A stretch of DNA of 64,000 nt from Desulfomonilia bacterium (GTDB lineage: Bacteria > Desulfobacterota > Desulfomonilia > UBA1062), in assembly GCA_963664325.2 (NCBI GenBank), contig CAXXDQ010000003.1, positions 928,001 to 992,000 on the forward strand, given 5' to 3'. Positions within the stretch are counted from its first letter, which is position 1. Each line of letters starts with the position of its first letter. The position numbers were made by a program, and so were the translations under genes. A model generated the notes under the pieces. The model was not told the DNA's origin. It saw only the letters and a list, made by a program, of their open reading frames with translations, and searched no databases. Shown piece by piece: positions 1-9,372 of this stretch.

Positions 1-303
1 CATGCTTTTTGCCGTCAGGATCAGATTTTCTATACCCGGCAGCAAAGGCAGGCCCTTATTCAATTCCGATTCCTTTCTCTGATATTGAAGAGCCATATCC
101 GTCCGGTCAAGCGGCATGTCTGTGAGCTCGGCCAGGTCTTCATAGGGGTCAAAACCGCTGTCGGGAACACCTATGCATTCCGACCATTTCTCGATTGTCA
201 GTTCATGGCCGTGCGTTTCGTAGATTTCACGCCAGATTCTGAAAGCCGTGCTTTCCGTATCCATGATGGTCCCGTCAAAATCGAAAATTATCGCTTTGAT
301 CAT
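1..303 (-). CDS. HAD-family hydrolase/phosphatase, runs off the left window edge
   Basis: Not in the ORF track. Manual translation from ATG at 303 gives MIKAIIFDFDGTIMDTESTAFRIWREIYETHG..., with HAD motif I (DxDGT). The frame stays open to position 1. Confidence 0.85.
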   Translation of the reverse strand, partial: MIKAIIFDFDGTIMDTESTAFRIWREIYETHGHELTIEKWSECIGVPDSGFDPYEDLAELTDMPLDRTDMALQYQRKESELNKGLPLLPGIENLILTAKSM

Positions 304-358
304 GATAATACGGATATGAACGATATGCCGGTCGGCAATGACCCCGGAGTGTTTTTAT

Positions 359-1384
359 TCAATGCGGCTGTCCTTCGTCTATATTGCCCACCTTCCTGGC
401 CCTGAGCGGTTTGTCGAGGTTTATACCTTCCGAGATGCCGGCTTCCACCAGCAGGTTCCAGCCGCAGGCTATCTGCAGGAACTCGTCGTAGGGATCAAGC
501 CCGGGGATGATTATGGTGGGGAAAGGGGTCTCTTTGTGGTCGATTGCGATTATCTTCATGCCGACGCCCTTGACCAGTACATCGCTGAACTTCTTTATCT
601 CATCTGTGAAGGGTTCGATAAGAACAAGGACCTCACGCGGGTTCATAACCTCTTCTATGCCGTGGACCGCATAGGTGCCTTCAAGAAAATCAGCCTTTTT
701 GCGGGTGATTTCGTTGGTCTTGAGCGTAAGCTCTTCCGCGACTCCGTTGTTACGGCCCGCAAAATAAATCTGCGGGGCTTCGGCCAGGGTCTTGATGATC
801 TCCGGGTTTATCTTCATTGTGAGCACCTGTTCAAAGGCATCGGCAAGTGACGGCAGGGACTTTCTCATGCCGGTAGGCGAGAGGTTCTCAACAATCGAAA
901 GCATGAACAGCGCCTGCTCGATAATCGATTTTGTCGCGGCAACGGCATTTTCCTCGCCGCATGTAAGCAGGAAGCCCTTTTTTGAAAGCTCGAGAATAGG
1001 AGTTTTTTCGTGGGCCGTTATACCGTATATGGCGTCGGATCCTTCCGCGTTAAGCTTCCTTAGAAGTGAAACCACCTCTTTTGTCTTGCCAGAGTTGCTT
1101 GCAGCCACGATCACATGGTCTTTGAGGTTGTATTCCATTGACTGCCTGCCGCCGTCCGTGATCATGTTGAAGGCAAGACCGCGCCGGTTGGCCTGGTAGA
1201 TGGCATTTTTTGCAGGGAAGATGCGGGATGAACCCTCACCGGTGAGCAGAAGCCTGTGCTTGTGAATTACCGAATATGAAACGGGCCTTGATATCTTGAC
1301 ATCGAAGTTCCTTATGATGGATGGAGCTTCCATCATCTCTTTGACGAGTGAAAACCTGGTGAATCCGGGGTCTTTAAGGTTCAT
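359..1384 (-). CDS. Tandem SIS-domain sugar-phosphate isomerase/deaminase (GlmS C-terminal-like, probable glucosamine-6-phosphate deaminase)
   Basis: Motifs GEGSS, ASNSGKTKE, EENAVAATKS, ELTLKTNE, HG and C-terminal NLDKPLRARKV. There is no glutaminase domain. Confidence 0.8.
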   Translation of the reverse strand: MNLKDPGFTRFSLVKEMMEAPSIIRNFDVKISRPVSYSVIHKHRLLLTGEGSSRIFPAKNAIYQANRRGLAFNMITDGGRQSMEYNLKDHVIVAASNSGKTKEVVSLLRKLNAEGSDAIYGITAHEKTPILELSKKGFLLTCGEENAVAATKSIIEQALFMLSIVENLSPTGMRKSLPSLADAFEQVLTMKINPEIIKTLAEAPQIYFAGRNNGVAEELTLKTNEITRKKADFLEGTYAVHGIEEVMNPREVLVLIEPFTDEIKKFSDVLVKGVGMKIIAIDHKETPFPTIIIPGLDPYDEFLQIACGWNLLVEAGISEGINLDKPLRARKVGNIDEGQPH

Positions 1385-1513
1385 GCTTATAATTATCCTT
1401 TTAAAATAATTTTAAAATCAGTCAAAGTTGTAATTTCATTGCCGTCCTCTTGTCATTGCCCCATGATATACGTAGCGTTCGAGTTTTTTATGGGGGCCGG
1501 AAGAGGTTGTATT

Positions 1514-2455
1514 CTATACATCCTTTCCATGATCAAGGTGATATACTGGTTTTGAGAGTTCTGCAAAGGCCCTGTCCATCATGCCTATAAACTTTACCGG
1601 TTCCCCGAGGAAGTCGTCGAACATATAGTTGAAAAAGTCGATGCGATAAGGCGGTTTTGAATAGTCGCGGGTTTCGCATACCGGTGCGAAATATTCCCGT
1701 CCGCAATAGCTTTCAAACGTGAACTTTTTGCCGAACAGGGCACCGACCTTGCCAAGGTTGTCGATTACCCTCCTGAATTTTGCTATGAGTTTCACCTGTG
1801 AGGGGTAATGGTTTGCTGCGGCGAGTTTTTTAAGCAGTTCGTCTTCTGTCATGTCTATATAATATTTTGTGCCCTTGTACCATGGATTGAAGCGGAACGA
1901 GATCAGCACGGTCAGCTCATAGGCAGGAATTTCCACCAGCTGTATTTTTTTGCCGGTTTCTTTTTCATAGCTGTCGATGCATGCCGATGTCAGTACATGC
2001 ACAAGGTCATGTTCGGGCATGCCGCCTTGAAAGGCATAAGTCCAGATGATGTCGGGGTCGGTTTTTCTTATCTTCTCATAAATCGAAAAACCCTGCTTCC
2101 TCCAGAAGGCTAACGCCTCGTCAAATTTCTGCGGACTCTTGATTGATTCAACGAAATGGCGGTAGTTGTCGACCTCTGAATAAAGCCCGTTGGTCACATT
2201 TTCGTCTTTGAACCCAAGCTCCCGGTAAACATTGATGCCTTCGGCGACGCGGAGCCTTCCATATTCTTCAGGCGTGACGTTGTCCTCGAAATAAAGCCCG
2301 TCCGAGTTGGTGACCCACATCAGGGAAACGTTCGGCATCAGGCGCTGTATAATGCCTGCGCTCACTATTTCATCGTCGTGGTGCGCATAGACAAAGAGGT
2401 GTTTTTTCGAATTGTCAAGAAGCGATTCTTTGGAGGGTGTCTTTTTAAATTCCAT
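1514..2455 (-). CDS. PIG-L/LmbE family deacetylase
   Basis: AHHDDE and PEHD metal motifs plus HYPSQ. Start moved to MEFKK at 2455, which follows an AAGGAG RBS. Confidence 0.75.
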   Translation of the reverse strand: MEFKKTPSKESLLDNSKKHLFVYAHHDDEIVSAGIIQRLMPNVSLMWVTNSDGLYFEDNVTPEEYGRLRVAEGINVYRELGFKDENVTNGLYSEVDNYRHFVESIKSPQKFDEALAFWRKQGFSIYEKIRKTDPDIIWTYAFQGGMPEHDLVHVLTSACIDSYEKETGKKIQLVEIPAYELTVLISFRFNPWYKGTKYYIDMTEDELLKKLAAANHYPSQVKLIAKFRRVIDNLGKVGALFGKKFTFESYCGREYFAPVCETRDYSKPPYRIDFFNYMFDDFLGEPVKFIGMMDRAFAELSKPVYHLDHGKDV

Positions 2456-2465
2456 GGATGTCTCC

Positions 2466-3887
2466 TTACCCGGAAAAATTTTCAGATATGAATGATAGGA
2501 CATTCTGCCTGGCATTTTTTTCCGTGTCCAGCCTGAATGTCCCGGGCAGTTTATAAATATATGGCACCACATCGACCTCGTAGCCGCCTAGCGGTATTTC
2601 TTCTGCTGTCGGCAGGTAGCCTGTCATGCCGTCAGTATATCCTGCAAAAAGGGTGATCGGTGCAGGTGAGGCCTTTTTTGTTTCAATGCCTGTTTCGACA
2701 AAAGTCTCCATAGCCATCGAGGCTATCGCAATTTCCCCGATGCGAAGCAACCCGGTCCGTATGGGGGTGGAATAACCGTTTTTGTCCCTGTCCAGTATTG
2801 TCTTCCAGGGGTATCGGACATCAAGGAACGGGTCTATCATAAAATCAGGAATCACCATCCCTTCCATCAGCATGGATGCGCCCTTTTTAAGCATGGCCCT
2901 GTAAATTTTCCTGACGCTCAGGCTTTCCATGCCTTCAGGGATATCCACACAGGCATTCACTTCGCCTGTTGATGCAGATAACGGCGTGGCGGTTATCCTC
3001 TCCATTTTTCCACACGCCCTGATAACGGCTTCCGCTACATGGCTGCCAAGCCTTTCTACATCGGGCCTGTTGTCGTCAGACCATTCGACATCGGGATTGA
3101 TGTTTGCACAGGCTCCCTGAATGAACATGCACAGGCCGCCGAGTTTTCTTTCAACTTCAGCCCGCATGGCACCCGGCCAGTCGGCGGAAATCACGTAGCT
3201 GTCCTCTCCGAGCACGCAGGCATGGCAGGCATAATTGACGATTGTAACAAATGGCTTCCTGCCATTTGAAATCCGGATTACATTAACTTCTTTATCAACC
3301 GTACCATCCTTGCGGTGGCCTATGGTTATTGTGCCGTCGAAAAGCTGCTCCCTCCTGTTGATGCCGATAGCGCATTCCGACCTGGCGTGGCTAATTTCAG
3401 CTTTGATGGGATTGGCGGCAGCCCGCGCAGCCGATGCCGTCACGCTTTTAACCAGCCAGTCGCAGTAAAGGGCGTTTGTCATTATGCCTTTTGTCGCCAG
3501 GGGCTCCTCGATTGAGAGCATGAGCCTGTGGACGTAATATTCTGCGCGGTCCTTGACAGAGGGTTTGTAAGGCGGCCAGGCTACGGGTCCGGAATGTGTA
3601 TGCGAGCAGAAAAGCCTTATGTTCCGGGCGGGGATGCCGAGTCTTGAGGTTATGCCCGCCTTGATGGCATCGACGGTTTCCCAGTTGAGCGCCAGTAGAT
3701 CGAGCGAGATCAGAACCAGTTTCTCGTTTCCGTCATCGAGTATGAGAGTTGTAGCCGTGAGATCTGTGTGAACATCCTTCGCACCGCCTGATCTTGCGGC
3801 ATACCCTATAAGATAAATCCCTTGAGGCGGAGTTATAACCGTTCTGTCCGCCCCTGCCTTCAGTTGTCTCTTTGTTCTATTTTTCAT
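2466..3887 (-). CDS. Neutral/alkaline ceramidase-like amidohydrolase
   Basis: Motifs ITPP..GY, CSHTHSGP, NRR, NYACHA, ISADWPG, QGACANINP, GYLPT and GGYE. Confidence 0.8.
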   Translation of the reverse strand: MKNRTKRQLKAGADRTVITPPQGIYLIGYAARSGGAKDVHTDLTATTLILDDGNEKLVLISLDLLALNWETVDAIKAGITSRLGIPARNIRLFCSHTHSGPVAWPPYKPSVKDRAEYYVHRLMLSIEEPLATKGIMTNALYCDWLVKSVTASAARAAANPIKAEISHARSECAIGINRREQLFDGTITIGHRKDGTVDKEVNVIRISNGRKPFVTIVNYACHACVLGEDSYVISADWPGAMRAEVERKLGGLCMFIQGACANINPDVEWSDDNRPDVERLGSHVAEAVIRACGKMERITATPLSASTGEVNACVDIPEGMESLSVRKIYRAMLKKGASMLMEGMVIPDFMIDPFLDVRYPWKTILDRDKNGYSTPIRTGLLRIGEIAIASMAMETFVETGIETKKASPAPITLFAGYTDGMTGYLPTAEEIPLGGYEVDVVPYIYKLPGTFRLDTEKNARQNVLSFISENFSG

Positions 3888-3898
3888 TTATTCCCGAA

Positions 3899-5803
3899 CT
3901 ATAAGTTCCCTTTCTTTCCCAGCGGATATACCAGCATGGCAACAAAAGCTATACCGAATGATATGGCCGTGGCCACGATGAAATAGAGGTAATATGAGGG
4001 ATTCAGCCCCTGTGTGACGATTTTGAACACAAGGAATCCTCCCAGAGTGGTTGCAATAATCTCTCCCATTTTGTCGCCGACGTCTTCAGCCGCGAAATAC
4101 ATGGCCTCCCTGCGGTAGCCGTACAGTTTTTCGTCCAGGTCGATGATCTCGCCGAGCAGGGGCCTGTGAGCAGTCAGAAGTATTGAGGTGGGAAGTCCCA
4201 TCAGACCGAAAATTATGAACGCCCAGAGAATGGGGTTGGGGAAGTAAACCATCATGGGTGCTATCTTTTCCCTGAGAAAGACAATCTTGTCCGGAGTCAG
4301 GCTGGTGAACCATGCCGGATTTGCGGCCTCGGAAAGAAGGGCCTTGTCTTCTGAATCAAATCTGTCAGCGGACTTTTCATTGAGCAGCACAACGTCTCTT
4401 TCAATCTCATACTTCGCATGCCGGACAAAGAGAGGTATGAGACCTACAAGCTCCTTGTACCGGGCCGGGTCATTTTTAGCAGTCTCATTCCAATCCTTTG
4501 CCTCAAGCACTTCCAGGTTTGCGATCTGCTCCTTTGACAGTCTGAAGTCTCTGAAGCTTTCGACCTTTACACTTCCCGCCTTTTCTATTGCTTTTTCCTC
4601 TTCTTCCATCGGCGCATGCCTCAGGCGCAACCATGTGACTGAATCAAAGAGGCGCTCTTTCAATTCCGGTTTGTTGAAGGCAAGGAAATCACCTTTGGCT
4701 GAAATGGCCTCAATAAGCTCATAGTTTGCGATCTTGTCCTTAAATGCATTTACCTTGCCTTCCATGGGGAATGCCGGAAGACTTTTGGTGAAAAAGAGCA
4801 GGGGGAGAATAAGACCTGCAGCAACGAGGGTGATTATATAGGTCATCCTGAGGCCGAATTTTTTCAGGAACATCGGGGTGAACGGAAAGCACAGGATTGA
4901 GACGACATATACCAGACCGAGCATTATGCTCTGCTCCGTTTCGCCGACTTCGAAATAGGAGCGCCCGAGATAGGGTACGCCTATGAGGACGCAGGATATT
5001 GCGACACGCGTGGCCATGATCAGGAATGAATAGTTGATGAAGGGTATGTTCCTGAAGCACTTGATTATGGCGTCTACTATTCCGAAGGGAACCTTGTCCT
5101 CTTCCGCAACAGGCGTGTCTTCAATTCCCCACATGGAGATGAAGAATGATGCGCCGCCTAGAATTGCGTACAGTAGTGCTGAAACCTGAAACCCGTTAAG
5201 AGATGTGATGCCTATATCGAGCCCTGTCTTGTCGAACGCCTCGATTATCGGGCCTGTGCTGAATGTCGAGAATATCGTTGCAAATATCTCGAAACCCGCC
5301 ATCCATGCAGATGCCTTCATCCTTGATTCCTCCGAACGGTAGAGCTGGGGATGGAGTGCGAGGTACGGGGCGACGACAACGGTGAAGAATATCCAGAGGC
5401 CGGACATCCCTATCCCGAGCCAGAGGGTGTTCAGCATGCTCGCATCCGGTGTCAGCGGAAACCAGATTACTATGGCGAACAGGATAAGCGGGACTGTGCC
5501 GTATACAACGAAAGGCTTTCTTCTTCCCATCGGATGAGTGCTTCTGTCGCTCAGGTATGCCACTACCGGGTCCGCCAGCAGGTCAATGATGCGGCCGATG
5601 TTTCTTATCAGGATAAAAAGCCCCATGTGGACCAGCACAGGGTATCCAAGCGCCTGGCGCTCGAGCGGCGGGTAATAGTAGTACATGATCCATGTCGTGA
5701 ATGTGGCCACGATCATGTTGACGCCGAAATTGCCGAATGCATACTGGATCGTGCGAAGCATACCTGGTTCAGGCTGCTTTAATGATGGAATCGTATGTTC
5801 CAT
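3899..5803 (-). CDS. GPH (MelB-like) MFS sugar transporter with a large inserted hydrophilic domain
   Basis: DPVVAYLSDRS..GRRKPF, PYLAL and IIDLDEKLYGYRREAMYF motifs, 12 hydrophobic segments, and a charged insert of about 175 aa after TM9. Confidence 0.85.
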   Translation of the reverse strand: MEHTIPSLKQPEPGMLRTIQYAFGNFGVNMIVATFTTWIMYYYYPPLERQALGYPVLVHMGLFILIRNIGRIIDLLADPVVAYLSDRSTHPMGRRKPFVVYGTVPLILFAIVIWFPLTPDASMLNTLWLGIGMSGLWIFFTVVVAPYLALHPQLYRSEESRMKASAWMAGFEIFATIFSTFSTGPIIEAFDKTGLDIGITSLNGFQVSALLYAILGGASFFISMWGIEDTPVAEEDKVPFGIVDAIIKCFRNIPFINYSFLIMATRVAISCVLIGVPYLGRSYFEVGETEQSIMLGLVYVVSILCFPFTPMFLKKFGLRMTYIITLVAAGLILPLLFFTKSLPAFPMEGKVNAFKDKIANYELIEAISAKGDFLAFNKPELKERLFDSVTWLRLRHAPMEEEEKAIEKAGSVKVESFRDFRLSKEQIANLEVLEAKDWNETAKNDPARYKELVGLIPLFVRHAKYEIERDVVLLNEKSADRFDSEDKALLSEAANPAWFTSLTPDKIVFLREKIAPMMVYFPNPILWAFIIFGLMGLPTSILLTAHRPLLGEIIDLDEKLYGYRREAMYFAAEDVGDKMGEIIATTLGGFLVFKIVTQGLNPSYYLYFIVATAISFGIAFVAMLVYPLGKKGNL

Positions 5804-5822
5804 TTACAACCCCCTGACATAT

Positions 5823-5922
5823 CAGTAATCAGGAGTCAGGAGACAGTAGTCAGTATAAAAAACCAATCAGAATCAACCGATTATTATATGGTTTTATTCT
5901 GGCTCCTGGCTCCTGACTCCTG
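5823..5922. repeat. Intergenic inverted repeat built from tandem CAG(G/T)AGN-type heptamers
   Basis: Left arm CAGGAGTCAGGAGACAGTAGTCAGTATAAAAAACC (5830-5864) matches the reverse complement of 5890-5922 (CAGGAGTCAGGAGCCAGGAGCCAGAATAAAACC). Confidence 0.8.
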
Positions 5923-5929
5923 TCAACAT

Positions 5930-6694
5930 TTAGTATTCTATCGCCTCCGGGAAGCAGTGCAGCATGTACTGAGCATGCAGGACCTTGAACCCTTCGCCGA
6001 ACTCGAAGTCCTTTCCTTCTGCAAGTTTACGGCATCTCATCTCATCGTACATCTTCAGCATCCCGAGTGTCTCTTCCGTGAACTGGCTTTTATGCTCGGC
6101 AACTGCCTTAAATTTTCGTTCACGGTATTTGCCGACATCGATGACGACGTTAGGCCTTGTTGTAAAAGAATAAGCAACGCCTTCGATGTCATAGGGCTCA
6201 AAATTTTTGTCTATGTCCGGCTCGGTCATAATGAACGGGAAGTTATAAAGCAGCAAAGCTTCGCTTGCAGCAAGTCCCGTCTTTATATGATCCATATGAG
6301 CCTCGTACATGAGCCAGGGGTCAATGGTGAAAATAAAATCCGGCCTCAATAAACGGATATGTTTGATAATCTGGTTTCTCGCCTCATACTGCGACCAGTT
6401 GCCTGCATCGGTATAATTGAGCCAGTGATAGCCTTTTATCCCGATGATATTTCCGGCGGCCATCTGCTCTTCCTTGCGCTGGTCCTGCCTGCGGACGAGA
6501 TCGTCTGCGCCCGCATCCTTGAATCCCGCAGAGTCGTCGGTTACTGTCAGGTAATCTATCTCAATTCCCAGGTCGGACAAATAAGAGAGTGTCGCGCCGG
6601 AGCTTATGTCCATGTCATCGGGGTGAGGCTGAATGCAAAGAATTTTTTTTGCCTCGCTCATCTGCGGTATTGGAAGTACGTCTTTTATATCCAT
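5930..6694 (-). CDS. PIG-L family deacetylase resembling diacetylchitobiose deacetylase (Dac)
   Basis: AKKILCIQPHPDD, DPWLMYEAHMDH and HKSQF follow the pattern I recall for Thermococcales Dac. Confidence 0.8.
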   Translation of the reverse strand: MDIKDVLPIPQMSEAKKILCIQPHPDDMDISSGATLSYLSDLGIEIDYLTVTDDSAGFKDAGADDLVRRQDQRKEEQMAAGNIIGIKGYHWLNYTDAGNWSQYEARNQIIKHIRLLRPDFIFTIDPWLMYEAHMDHIKTGLAASEALLLYNFPFIMTEPDIDKNFEPYDIEGVAYSFTTRPNVVIDVGKYRERKFKAVAEHKSQFTEETLGMLKMYDEMRCRKLAEGKDFEFGEGFKVLHAQYMLHCFPEAIEY

Positions 6695-6768
6695 GAAATT
6701 CTCCTGGATTTTTAATATGCCTGCTTAGCAGATAATCAACCTGAAATCTAAAATGTCAATAACCTATT

Positions 6769-6800
6769 AAAAAACCCCCTTCCGAATCGGAAGAGGGTTT
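6769..6800 (-). terminator. Intrinsic terminator downstream of the FGE-domain gene
   Basis: Stem AAACCCCCTTCCG-aat-CGGAAGAGGGTTT. The adjacent A-run reads as a U-tract on the minus strand. Confidence 0.7.
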
Positions 6801-6805
6801 CAAGG

Positions 6806-9259
6806 TTATTCTCCCCAGCGCGCCGGGTTTAGTACTATATCGCAATCACAGAGTTTTGCCCCGGTCGGGTTTCTGAACGGCGAGTAGCAGTATTCCATAA
6901 GGAATGCCAGCTCATCGGTGCCTACAACCCGCGTGTCGGGTGTGGGGCTGTTGCCCGGAATGTAGGATTGAATTCCATCAGGCACCGAGGGCGCCCAGAG
7001 GTCCCAGTTGGGCCATGTTATATAATAATCCGCCGCCTTGCTGTATTCAGTGGCTATAAGTCTTGCCTCGGACGACTTCAGAGGAAGTCCGTTCGATGCC
7101 GCAACCAGGAGATGTGTTGAAAGGTCGGGCTCCCAGTCGGGACAAGGTTCGCTTGTAGGTTTGCCTTTTCCGGCCATCATGGCATCCATCCTTTCCGACA
7201 TGCCCGTGAGGAGTTTAAGGGCTACATCGTCGTCGTTGTTCATGAGTGCGTTCGACAGAGCCGCCTGGTGGAAGTATACAACGATCGCCATATTGTAGTA
7301 GTGGATCTGGCCTGCAACCATGTCGTACAGGTTTATCGTTCCTTTTCCGCAGTCGTTGCAGAGCGGGTCCTGGTATCCGAGGATGGCCGATGTCATCTTG
7401 GCGTTGCACTCCGCATTCGGGACAAGGATTTCGAAATTGACAAAACTCATAAGGTCTTTTACCAGCCAGGGTGAAGCCTCTTCAAACATAATCTGCGTAT
7501 TTCCTTCCTTGTCCTTGGCCCTGATGTAGTAGCCCGAATCGACTATGTCCTTTGCAAAGGCCTGAAGGTAGGCCACGGCCCTTGTTGCAGCGTTTCTTAT
7601 ATTTGCATCCGGGGCCTCTTTTGCCAGCCTCATCATCATAGGGACCATCCTGTAGATGTGGGGGACATCGTCCTTGCTGCGCATGTTGCGTATCCAGATA
7701 TCGCCGTAATACGGGTTGATATGGTTCGGTATGGTGTGGGCGTTCCAGTCGTATTTTTCGCCGCCCTCTTTGACCGGGTCGTAGTCCACTTTCACCTTTC
7801 TGCCGAGTACCGTGTACTCATGATTCTGTGTGAATATGCAGCGCGGCATGATGGTTCTTTCCGGGTCATTATCGCTGTATTCTTCTCCCTTGAAGAATGC
7901 CTCGATGCCCCTGCAATAGCTTTCCGCGATCTTTCCCATGAGCGGGTCGCCGCTGGCCAGGTAGCCTGCAATGACATTGTTGAGCATCTTGCCGGACCTG
8001 ATCCAGAGATTGTCTGACCCGCCGCCATGATGGAATGTGACCGTGTCGCCGTTTTTCTCTGCCGAGAAATCCTGGAGATGGGCCTTGTACCAGGGCATGC
8101 CGTATGGGTTGGACTCGTCCATGCCGTTGCTTGTCATGTACATCCATTCAAAGTAGTGGGTGTCTTTCCATAGACCGGTGATCTTCTTTGTGAAGGTCTT
8201 GATCTCGTCATCCGAAAGAGGAGCGCCCTCATCCTGTCTTGTAAAAGAGAAGGGAAGTGCCGTCGGATAATCGGGAATATTCGCCGCAAATTCATATGAC
8301 GGCGGCGTGGCAGGGTTTAATACGACATTGATTGCGATGCCGGCAAATGGATTCTTGGTTTTTACAAGGCGGAAACCTATATAACGGCACCTGTAATCAG
8401 GGGTATATCCTTCACGGTATGCCGAGCGCAGCCTTGTGGAGCCGTCAAAACGTACGCTGCCTCCGCGCACAACCTTGAAATGCCCGGTATCAGGGCCTGT
8501 GGGGTTGATTATATTGCCCGCATAGTCTCCGTAATTATCCCAGCACCATTCTTCGACGTTTCCGCTCATGTCGTAGAGCCCCCATTTATTGGCTGATTTG
8601 AGGCCGACATTGTGGGTGATGTTGGAGCTGTTGGCGCAGTACCATGCGATTTTATTGAGTACGGGGTCGCCTTCGCATCCGGGCACCGAAATTTCACCGT
8701 TATATACCGGGGAGGCTGTTCCTGCGCGTGCGGCATATTCCCATTCCGCCTCAGTCGGCAGCCGGTATCCTTCCGCCTCGTAAACGCTGGCAATGCCGTT
8801 CAGGCTGACATCAGCATTTTTAATCCCGCCATGAGTTTTGCATTCCATACAGTCTGAAACGGCAGTGCCGTCTTCACATACGGGATTGCTCAGTATATAG
8901 GCCGGTTTAAGCCCTTTCTTTACGGATTTTGCATTTGCATAAGCCAGTGCATCATACCAGCTGACATTTTCTGCCGGCTTTCCGGGGTTCGGAAGCGACT
9001 TCGGAAAATAGCTCGGGTCAAAGCCCATCAGGCTCTTGAAATCGCTCCATGTAACTTCGGTTGACGAAATCTCAAAATCCTGAGACAGCGTTACTTCATG
9101 CTGAACTTCATTTGCCCTGTGTCCGAACTCGCTTGCAGGACTGCCCATGATAAACTTGCCTGCCGGAGCTGTCTTGAAGTTGCAGCCCGCAAGGGTGATC
9201 AGAACCGTAAGAAACAACAGGACGACATGATTCCTGCTTATCAATAGTGAATGTTTCAT
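6806..9259 (-). CDS. Lipoprotein with an N-terminal FGE-sulfatase (SUMF1/EgtB/PvdO) domain and a large unknown C-terminal domain
   Basis: Lipobox LAGC; motifs FIMGSP, YRLPTEAEWEYAARAG, GLYDMSGNVEEWCWD, RGGS and IGFRLV; about 480 aa of unrecognised C-terminus. Confidence 0.8.
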   Translation of the reverse strand: MKHSLLISRNHVVLLFLTVLITLAGCNFKTAPAGKFIMGSPASEFGHRANEVQHEVTLSQDFEISSTEVTWSDFKSLMGFDPSYFPKSLPNPGKPAENVSWYDALAYANAKSVKKGLKPAYILSNPVCEDGTAVSDCMECKTHGGIKNADVSLNGIASVYEAEGYRLPTEAEWEYAARAGTASPVYNGEISVPGCEGDPVLNKIAWYCANSSNITHNVGLKSANKWGLYDMSGNVEEWCWDNYGDYAGNIINPTGPDTGHFKVVRGGSVRFDGSTRLRSAYREGYTPDYRCRYIGFRLVKTKNPFAGIAINVVLNPATPPSYEFAANIPDYPTALPFSFTRQDEGAPLSDDEIKTFTKKITGLWKDTHYFEWMYMTSNGMDESNPYGMPWYKAHLQDFSAEKNGDTVTFHHGGGSDNLWIRSGKMLNNVIAGYLASGDPLMGKIAESYCRGIEAFFKGEEYSDNDPERTIMPRCIFTQNHEYTVLGRKVKVDYDPVKEGGEKYDWNAHTIPNHINPYYGDIWIRNMRSKDDVPHIYRMVPMMMRLAKEAPDANIRNAATRAVAYLQAFAKDIVDSGYYIRAKDKEGNTQIMFEEASPWLVKDLMSFVNFEILVPNAECNAKMTSAILGYQDPLCNDCGKGTINLYDMVAGQIHYYNMAIVVYFHQAALSNALMNNDDDVALKLLTGMSERMDAMMAGKGKPTSEPCPDWEPDLSTHLLVAASNGLPLKSSEARLIATEYSKAADYYITWPNWDLWAPSVPDGIQSYIPGNSPTPDTRVVGTDELAFLMEYCYSPFRNPTGAKLCDCDIVLNPARWGE

Positions 9260-9372
9260 ATCCCCATACCTCTCATTAAATTAATTGATATTGTTAAACC
9301 CTGATAACATATAATATAAATTCTAAATCGGCAAGAACAAGAGGGGTATCATTATCCGGTACGGGAGGTTTT

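Noticed and set aside
85-1199. Plus-strand ORFs 85-405, 338-850 and 792-1199
   Set aside because: They overlap the motif-bearing minus-strand HAD and SIS genes and have no features of their own.
8340-8480. FGE/C-type-lectin domain end as a possible diversity-generating-retroelement variable region
   Set aside because: I found no second near-identical template repeat and no reverse transcriptase in the window, and the domain is not C-terminal.
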